DNA of 51,959 bases, counting the filler, from Sphyrna mokarran (lineage: Eukaryota), in NCBI GenBank assembly GCA_024679065.1. It is 2 parts of 2 records of this genome, joined end to end, with 100 filler letters (N's around TTAATTAATTAA, not from the genome) between each part and the next. Parts side by side here need not be neighbours in the genome. Positions count along the whole stretch, not along the records: positions 22,012 to 51,959 come from JAGIQG010000449.1; 1 more part is not named here. The stretch is one strand, 5' to 3'. Positions 44,589 to 51,959 of this stretch are shown here, piece by piece; positions within the stretch are counted from its first letter, which is position 1; each line of letters begins with the position of its first letter. The position numbers and the translations under genes were made by a program. Under the pieces are notes generated by a model that made no database searches, was not told the DNA's origin, and saw only the letters and a list, made by a program, of their open reading frames with translations.

Positions 44589-44980
44589 ATCCAAATCCAC
44601 GGGAACCGTTCGTCTCTGTCCTCCTGCCCTCGGCAGAAGAAGTCTCCGCTCAGAGATTCGTCTCCCTCAGCTGCTTAGTGAGACGTTTCTCCCCCCGAGA
44701 GATCTTCGTCAAGTGGACCGTCAACGACAAGCCGGTGAATCCCGGGAACTACGGGAACACCGAGGTGGTGGCGGAGAACGGCAACAACTCCTTCTTCATG
44801 TACAGCCTGTTATCCATTGCAGCAGAGGAATGGTCCAGCGGCGCTTCTTACTCCTGTGTGGTGGGACATGAAGCCATCCCCTTGAAGATCATCAACAGAA
44901 CAGTTGACAAATCCAGCGGTAAACCCAGTTTTGTGAACATTTCCCTTGCACTGATGGACACTGTTAATTCCTGTCAATGA
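44589..44980 (+). CDS. IGHM: IgM heavy chain terminal constant exon (Cmu4) plus secretory tail; orphan, possibly pseudogene
   Basis: ttctgcag|AT CCA...: [45 protein letters not shown]...[44 protein letters not shown]1-set Cys/Trp/Cys; tailpiece with NIS sequon and penultimate Cys; internal donor G|GTAAAC after 44918; AATAAA at 45008. Confidence 0.93.
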
Positions 44981-45770
44981 GAATCACTCGCTTACATTAA
45001 ATACTTCAATAAAAAATCTTTTCCTCTAGTGACAAATGAAATACCCAATTATTTAATTGATTGCTTTTCATTTTTACTTCCATTAAAAATTTTTAGTTTG
45101 AGTCAGATATTTTCATGTCTCGGAACTAAATCTTATTCAACCTGTGCACCCTGCTCAGATACACCCAGATACAAAACAAACTAAACACATCATTACAGGA
45201 TTCAGGAAAATATCTTCACAGTCTTTCCTCCCACTGAGGAGAGATATGACAATTTCAACATTTCTGACAAACATAACATTTAGATCTTGGTGTTCCTGTT
45301 TCTCTCATTGTTCATCCCTTTATCCATTGATGACAGCTTTCAGCTGCTGTACCACACCCACTGGGAACTGAAGTGAGTGTCACACAGAAACGTGGAGCAA
45401 CAATCCCCCCATCACAAAGAGGGAGGAGCAATTGTTAACATACTGGCTTCCTACTCACCCAACAAAGAGAGGGGAGGGGCAATAGCTAACCCATGTCCCA
45501 CCACTTCCTCAATGAAACGAGGAAGAATGTCATTATTTAATCCACTCTACCTTCACCCTCCTGAGTGGTTAGAACCATCAGAGACATTGCATACTGGATA
45601 GAGAGAGGTAAACACTGAGCTCACTCTCCTCCCTCTCTCCACGTAGCGTGTTTGGAAGGGAACGACTCTTTGCAGTAAGACCCAGTTGCCAACAGTACAA
45701 ATTAGTTTCTTGTTTACTTGCCATAGATTTTGAAGTATCACTTTCATTACCAAAGTATCCTTCAAGTTTC

Positions 45771-45813
<43 letters not shown>

Positions 45814-46259
45814 AATATATACATATGCAACATAATTCAAAAATGTTTCAACACTCTTGTTCCTGTTAGCCATGTGCTGACATCGATTTCCCATAATACA
45901 AATTTAAACACATAATTGAATCCTACCCTGATTTCACTGTTCTGTTACTGAGGTTTCTGAGATGCATCAATGAATTATTTCATTCGCTCTCTTCACATCA
46001 CCGTGCCCTTCACATTTAAACAGCAAACTCCGAAAATATGTTCCATTACTCGGATTGTTTGGATCACGTTCAGTTAACGATTATGTAGACATACTGATAT
46101 CATTATGTCCAACACATAAAATAAATTTAAACAGCAAAACTCTAAAATATACTCCATTACTCGGATTGCTTGGATCACGTAGAATTAATGATTGCTCGTG
46201 AAACTTGAAGCAACAGTTAAAAAATAAACACACTGACAATACTGCACAAAACTGTCACA

Positions 46260-47080
46260 GTTAGAAATACAGGTGTAGGCGTATGCATACACACACACGA
46301 ATATATCGATTCGTGCTTATACAAACTGGCACTAAAAAAAACAAACGTTCATAATCAAATACATACAAACACACACACACATATACACATGAAACACACA
46401 AGTTCATATACTTACGTGAATCGGTACACAGACCAAACACAAACATAGACATGCATAGACACAATACAGGCACATGCATGCAACCCACATAAATGCACAA
46501 ACACACACACACATAAAAAATCAAATAAGTTACTCAAATATATATATATTTATTTATTTATAGCACGCTTTCACGCTGACAGGAATATGGATATAGAGAT
46601 ACACAATGTTATACACATTAACAGACATATATGGAAATGCATGTAAACAAATAAGCAGACTGCACATAGATGAATTGACAGCAAAACATTTGCACACAAA
46701 CATATAGACACAAACATTAACATGCTCATATAGAACAGAACACCGTAGCACACATTATTACATGTCGAAACACAAACATATGTCAAGATATCGTTATAAA
46801 GAACTGTCAACACGTATATAGATACATACATGTTAACAGGTACTCAGACAGACACATGGGGAAACAGACACACACGGAAAGGGAAACAAGCAGTAATAGA
46901 ATGACAGAAATTACAACATAGTAATAGATAGAAACACATGTGCACCCATTAAGAGTAGTATTAACACCTATACATAAAATTAACACAGTAATAGTCATAC
47001 ATACATAATGACAGAAGAAAAAAATGTACACAGAGATGCAGACACACAACTACACAAATCAACAAACACAGGCAAATGAA
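46260..47080. repeat. Degenerate (CA/TA)-rich tract in the Cmu4-TM intron
   Basis: Low-complexity CA-rich sequence; pure (CA)n at ~45772-45806. Confidence 0.8.
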
Positions 47081-47738
47081 TGCGTAGATTAGCGCTCTTG
47101 TACTTATATTAACTCAGAGTGAAAGATGAATGCAGACCACGAGATGCTCAAGCAAACGCACATAAATGCAAAATCTTAAATAAAAATGGTAGGTAAATAT
47201 GAAAGTAAAATTTAAACATGAATTTTAATGGGCGTATCTACCGACAACTCGCCCAATGTACTTTCGACCAAAAACAAGTTGAGAAACTAAATTAAGCTAG
47301 TGATCTACTAACTGTTGCCACCATAAATAAGACAAGATGAGAAATTATATCCCAGTTGTTAAACAGCAACATTCACAGTTTACAGATCAGTAATCATCCG
47401 TGAAAACAATCATTGATCAGTGAATGTTCCTCCATATCCGCCATAACATTCTTCAATAAGGGTTCGTGTTAAATTGATCAAAAATGAACGGATAGGCAAG
47501 AAAACATCTTCAGTGCTTCCTGTCATGGACTGCCCAAGGAATGTACATAAAGATCGACTGTGAAAGTAGTTACGGAGATCAGTTTTTGAGTGTCCTGAAT
47601 TTAGTAGTAGATGGACATTGAAACTTATACAGAGAATAAATTAACAGCTTATGAAGGAGAACAAGAATCAGAAGAAACAATAAGATTCCCTGGATAAATA
47701 AAGTAACCTAATTTCAATTTCTGGTCTCCGCCTCTTAG

Positions 47739-47866
47739 ACCCCACCGACGACATCTGGATTGAAGACAATGAGGATGAGAACAGCAACATCTGGACAACG
47801 GCTTCTACATTCACCGTCCTGTTCTTCCTGAGCATTTCCTATAGCACTGCAGTCACTCTGGTGAAG
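47739..47866 (+). CDS. IGHM: IgM membrane exon TM1
   Basis: ctcttag|AC...GTG AAG|gtgaga: DPTDDIWIEDNEDENSNIWTTASTFTVLFFLSISYSTAVTLVK; acidic spacer plus CART-type motif; phase matches the 44918 donor. Confidence 0.92.
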
Positions 47867-48009
47867 GTGAGATTATTCAATTCGGTCACATTTGAAACTG
47901 GCTGAACGGATTTAAAAATCTCTCAATGTTTCACCGATTAAAAGCTGTAACATTAATGTCCTGCATCACAAACATCTGCTTCATTATGTATTATTATTAT
48001 GTATTATTT

Positions 48010-48178
48010 CTGTTGTAGATGCGCCAAGTTTGGTGGCGTTTAAGAGGTTAATTGATAAGTATATGGAAGAGAAGGGAATGGTTTAGTTTGGAGGGGCATT
48101 GCTTTTTATTTTGGTCGGCACAACATCGAAGGCCGAAGGGCCTGTTCTGTGCTGTAATGTTCTATGTTCTATGTTCTA
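48010..48178 (+). mobile_element. Short 5'-truncated young CR1 insertion in the TM1-TM2 intron
   Basis: Reverse complement of the 3' end at ~49650-49810; (ttctatg)n tail; flanked by tattattt on both sides (possible target-site duplication). Confidence 0.85.
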
Positions 48179-48189
48179 TTATTTTACAG

Positions 48190-48198
48190 ATCAAATGA
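48190..48198 (+). CDS. IGHM: IgM membrane exon TM2 (IK*)
   Basis: ttttacag|ATC AAA TGA gives a KIK cytoplasmic tail (cf. KVK); AATAAA at 48692. Confidence 0.75.
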   Translation: MK

Positions 48199-48889
48199 TG
48201 GGTTAAGTTTTGGACGCTGCAGATTTGCCTCAGTTGATTAGCAAGATCTCTGTATGGTTCATGTACAATATCTCCTCTTGTTGACTTTATCAGTAAAATT
48301 CTTATCAGTAAATCAGTAAAAATCAGTAAAATTCAGTTTATTATTCTAAATCTGAAACTGAAGCAATCGTAGACCATATTTCAATTTTTCGTGTGAAATA
48401 TACGAGATATTTTTTGTTATAAATATAATTGTGATTAATAGTTTTCCCGTAGATTAAATTTCACGTCTAAGTAAGAAACTGTTCTAAGTCCTTATTCACA
48501 TTTCCTAATGCCTCATTCTACGAATGTCCTGCTTTCTCTTTCTGGTGTATGGAACATAGGTATAAATTTTGACGGATTCCCTGTGCATGTGTTCTGTTCT
48601 CAACGTGAAGGTCGATCGCTACGTTCACTTTCGTGACTTTAAAAAATAATTTTGCTGTAAAATGTTCTCTGAGATTTTAAAATAATTATTGAATAAAACT
48701 TTAACCATCTCTGGCTTGGCTTAATTTTGTTCTTCAAACCCATCACCTCTGCTCCATTTCTCATATTATAGGGTTTTCTCCCCCTTTCCCAGACAGGCAT
48801 GTTCCCCCAGTCATGGGCGGGATGTGGTTGAACACAGGCTGTTCAGTCACTGCGCCACCCAGTGGCCAATCTGTGTCAAACAGCTTCAA

Positions 48890-49648
48890 AGAACATAGAA
48901 CATTACAGCGCAGAACAGGCCCTTCGGCCCTCGATGTTGCGCCGAACAATTAGGAACAAGCAGTGACCGTCTAACCTAAACCATTCCCTTTTCATCCATA
49001 AAGTTATCTACTAACCTCTTAAACGCCACCAAACTTGGTGCATCTACAACTGACGCAGGCAAGGCATCCCATACCCTTACCACCCTCTGGGTAAAGAACC
49101 TACCTCTGACATCTGTCTTAAAACCATTACCCCTTAATTTAAAGCTATGTCCCCTCGTGCCAGCTTTCTCCATCCTAGGAAAAAGACTATCACTGTCCAC
49201 CCTATCTAAACCTCTAATCATCTTATAAATTTCAATAAGGTCTCCTCTTAGCCACCTTCTTTCTAGCGAAAACAACCTCAAATCCCTCAGCCTTCTTCAT
49301 AAGACCTGCCTTCCATACCAGGCAACATCCTGGTAAACCTCCTCTGTACCCTCTCCAATGCCTCCACATCTTTCTTATAATGCAGGGACCAGAACTGTAC
49401 ACAATACTCCAAGTGCGGCCGCACTAGAGTTTTGTACAGTTGCAACATGACTTGCGGCTCCGAAATTCAATCCCCCTACCAATAAAAGCTAAGACTCCGT
49501 ATGCCTTCTTAACAACCTTATCGACTTGATTGCCAACTTTCAGGGATCTATGCATACATACACCAAGATCCCTCTGTTCATCAACACTATTAAGAATCCT
49601 ACCATTAGCCCTATACTCTATACATTTGTTATTCCTGCCAAAGTGAAT
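48890..49648 (-). mobile_element. CR1 LINE 3' fragment
   Basis: ORF2 C-terminus (LFSLERRWLRGDLIEIYK) with an agaacatagaaca tail; interrupted at ~49650 by the tail of the next copy. Confidence 0.92.
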
Positions 49649-51959
49649 TACATAGAACATTACAGCACAGAACAGGCCCTTCGGCCTTCGATGTTGTGCC
49701 GAACAAAATAAAAAGCAATGCCCCTCCTAACTAAACCATTCCCTTCCCATCCATATACTTATCAACTAACCTCTTAAACGCCACCAAACTTGGCGCATCT
49801 ACAACAGCTGCAGGCAGGGCATTCCACCCCTAATCACTCTTTGAGTAAAGAACCTACCTCTGATATCCGTCCTATAACTCATACCCCTTAATTTAAAGCT
49901 GTGTCCCCTCGTGCTAGCTTTCTCCATCCTAGGAAAAAGGCTATCACTGTCCACCCTATCCAACCCTCTAATCATCTTATATGCTTCAATAAGATCCCCC
50001 CTTAGCCGCCTCCTTTCTAACGAAAACACCCTCAAATCCTTCAACCTCTCTTCATAGGACCTGCCCTCCATACCAGGCAACATCCTAGTAAACCTCCTCT
50101 GTACCCTCTCCAATGCCTCCACATCTTTCTTATAATGTGGCGACCAGAACTGCACACAATACTCCAAGTGCGGCCGCACTAGAGTTTTGTACAGCTGCAA
50201 CATGATGCTGCGGCTCCTAAATTCAATCCCACTACCAATAAAAGCTAAGACTCCATAAGCCTTCTTAACAACTTTATCCACTTGACTGCCTACTTTCAGG
50301 GATCTATTGACACATACACCAAATCCTTCTGTTCCTCAACACTATTAAGAGCCCTACCATTAGCCCTATACTCTACACATTTATTGTTCCTGCCAAAGTG
50401 CATTACCTCACACTTTTCCACAGTAAACTCCATTTGCCACCTCTCGGCCCAGCTCTGCAACTTGTCCAAGTCCCTCTGCAAACTATAACACCCCTCTTCA
50501 CTATCTACCACTCCACCGACTTTAGTGTCATCTGCAAATTTACTACTCCATCCTTCAATCCCCTCATCCAGATCATTTATAAAAATTACAAACAGCAGGG
50601 GCCCCAAAACAGACCCCTGAGGTACACCACTTGTCACCGAACTCCAAGATGAATAACTCCCATCAACCACCACCCTCTGTCTTCTATCTGCTAGCCAATT
50701 CCTAATCCAATTAGCTAAATCACCCTCAATCCCATACATCTGCATTTTCTGCAGGAGCCTTCCATGGGACACCTTATCGAACGCCTTACTAAAGTCCATA
50801 TATACCACATCAACTGCCTTACCCCCATCCACCTCTTTGGTCACTTTTTCAAAAAACTCAATAAGGTTGTAAGGCACGACCTACCCTTCACAAAACCATG
50901 CTGACTATCCCCAATCAATTCATTTCTCTCTAAATAACTATAAATCCTATCCTTAATAATTCTCTCCAATACTTTGCCCATAACAGAAGTAAGACTTACC
51001 GGCCTATAATTCCCCAGAAAGTCTCTCTTCCCCTTCTTGAACAATGGATCCACATTCGCTATCCTCCAGTCTTCCGGCGCTATACCCGTAACAAACTACG
51101 ACCTGAAGATCAGAGCCAGAGGCTCTGCAATCTCCTCTCTCGCCTCCCAGAGAATCCTAGGGTAAATCCCGTCCGGCCCAGGGGACTTATCTAACTTCAA
51201 ATCCTCAAGAATATCTAGCACATCCTCCTTATCTAGTTCAATACTTTACAGTTTGCAACCCTGTATCCCAGTGTTCTCCACAACTACACTTACATCTCCC
51301 TGCGTGAATACCGAAGAGAAATATTTGTTCAGTGCCTCTCCAATCTCTTCAGGCTCCACGCACAACTTCCCACTGCTGTCTATGACTGGCCCTAATCTTG
51401 CCTTAACCAATCTTCTATTCTTAACATATCTAACGAAAGCTTTAGGATTCTCCTTGATCCTATCAGCCAAAGTCTTCTCGTGTCCCCTTTTAGCTCTCCT
51501 CAACTCACTCTTTAGCTCCCTCCTGGCTAATCTATAGCTATCCAGTGCACTAACTGAGCCTTCAAGCCTCATCCTGACATAAGCCTCCTTTTTCCTTTTA
51601 ACAGCGAATTAACTTTTTTAGTACACCATGGTTCCCTTACTCGACCATTTCCTCCTTGTCTGACAGGGACATACTTATCAAGGACTCGCAGTAGCTGCTC
51701 CTTGAATAAGCTCCACATTTCAGATGTGCCCAGTCCCTGTAGTTTCCTAGTCCAACCTATGCACCCTAATTCCCTCCTTATGGCCTCATAATTACCATTC
51801 CCCCCGCTATAACTACTGCCCCCAGCTTCATGCCTATCCCTATCCATCACTAAGGTGAACGTAACCGAATTGTGGTCACTATCACCAAAATGTTCACCAA
51901 TCTCTAAGTCTAACACCTGGTCTGGCTCATTGCCCAGCACCAAATCCAATTTTGCCTCA
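49649..51959 (-). mobile_element. Young CR1 LINE, ORF2 from the endonuclease end through RT to the 3' tail (frameshifted; runs off the window)
   Basis: GDSDHN (APE endonuclease end), NYRPVSLTS, QHGF, DFSKAFDKV, GVPQGSVLGP, FADDTK, YCVQFWSP. Confidence 0.96.

Overview
Elasmobranch (shark-type) genomic DNA; the species cannot be determined. The window is two separate pieces joined by an engineered 100-bp spacer (44 N + TTAATTAATTAA + 44 N, 21912-22011), so linkage across that point cannot be assumed. LEFT PIECE (1-21911, GC- and repeat-rich): a complete 4-coding-exon AICDA/AID gene (+, 7637-17007, 198 aa; the equivalent of human intron 2 is absent) lies tail-to-tail with the last 9 exons of a divergent vigilin/HDLBP-like gene (-). 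It is embedded in ~70-bp satellite arrays, tandem arrays of tRNA-derived SINE heads, and CR1 and Rex/Babar LINE fragments. RIGHT PIECE (22012-51959, AT-rich): a segmentally duplicated cluster of ~10 tRNA genes/pseudogenes (including an intron-containing tRNA-Pro-AGG), a decayed TCR-alpha/delta-like V segment with a 22/23-bp-spacer RSS, an intact 2-exon GPR139-like GPCR, an orphan IgM heavy-chain 3' end (Cmu4 + secretory tail, TM1, TM2, with no upstream C, J or VH exons seen), and young CR1 LINEs. The components belong to the antigen-receptor diversification system (AID, Ig, TCR-V/RSS), but AID and Ig are adjacent only across the artificial linker. All family assignments come from manual translation and recall; no database search was run.
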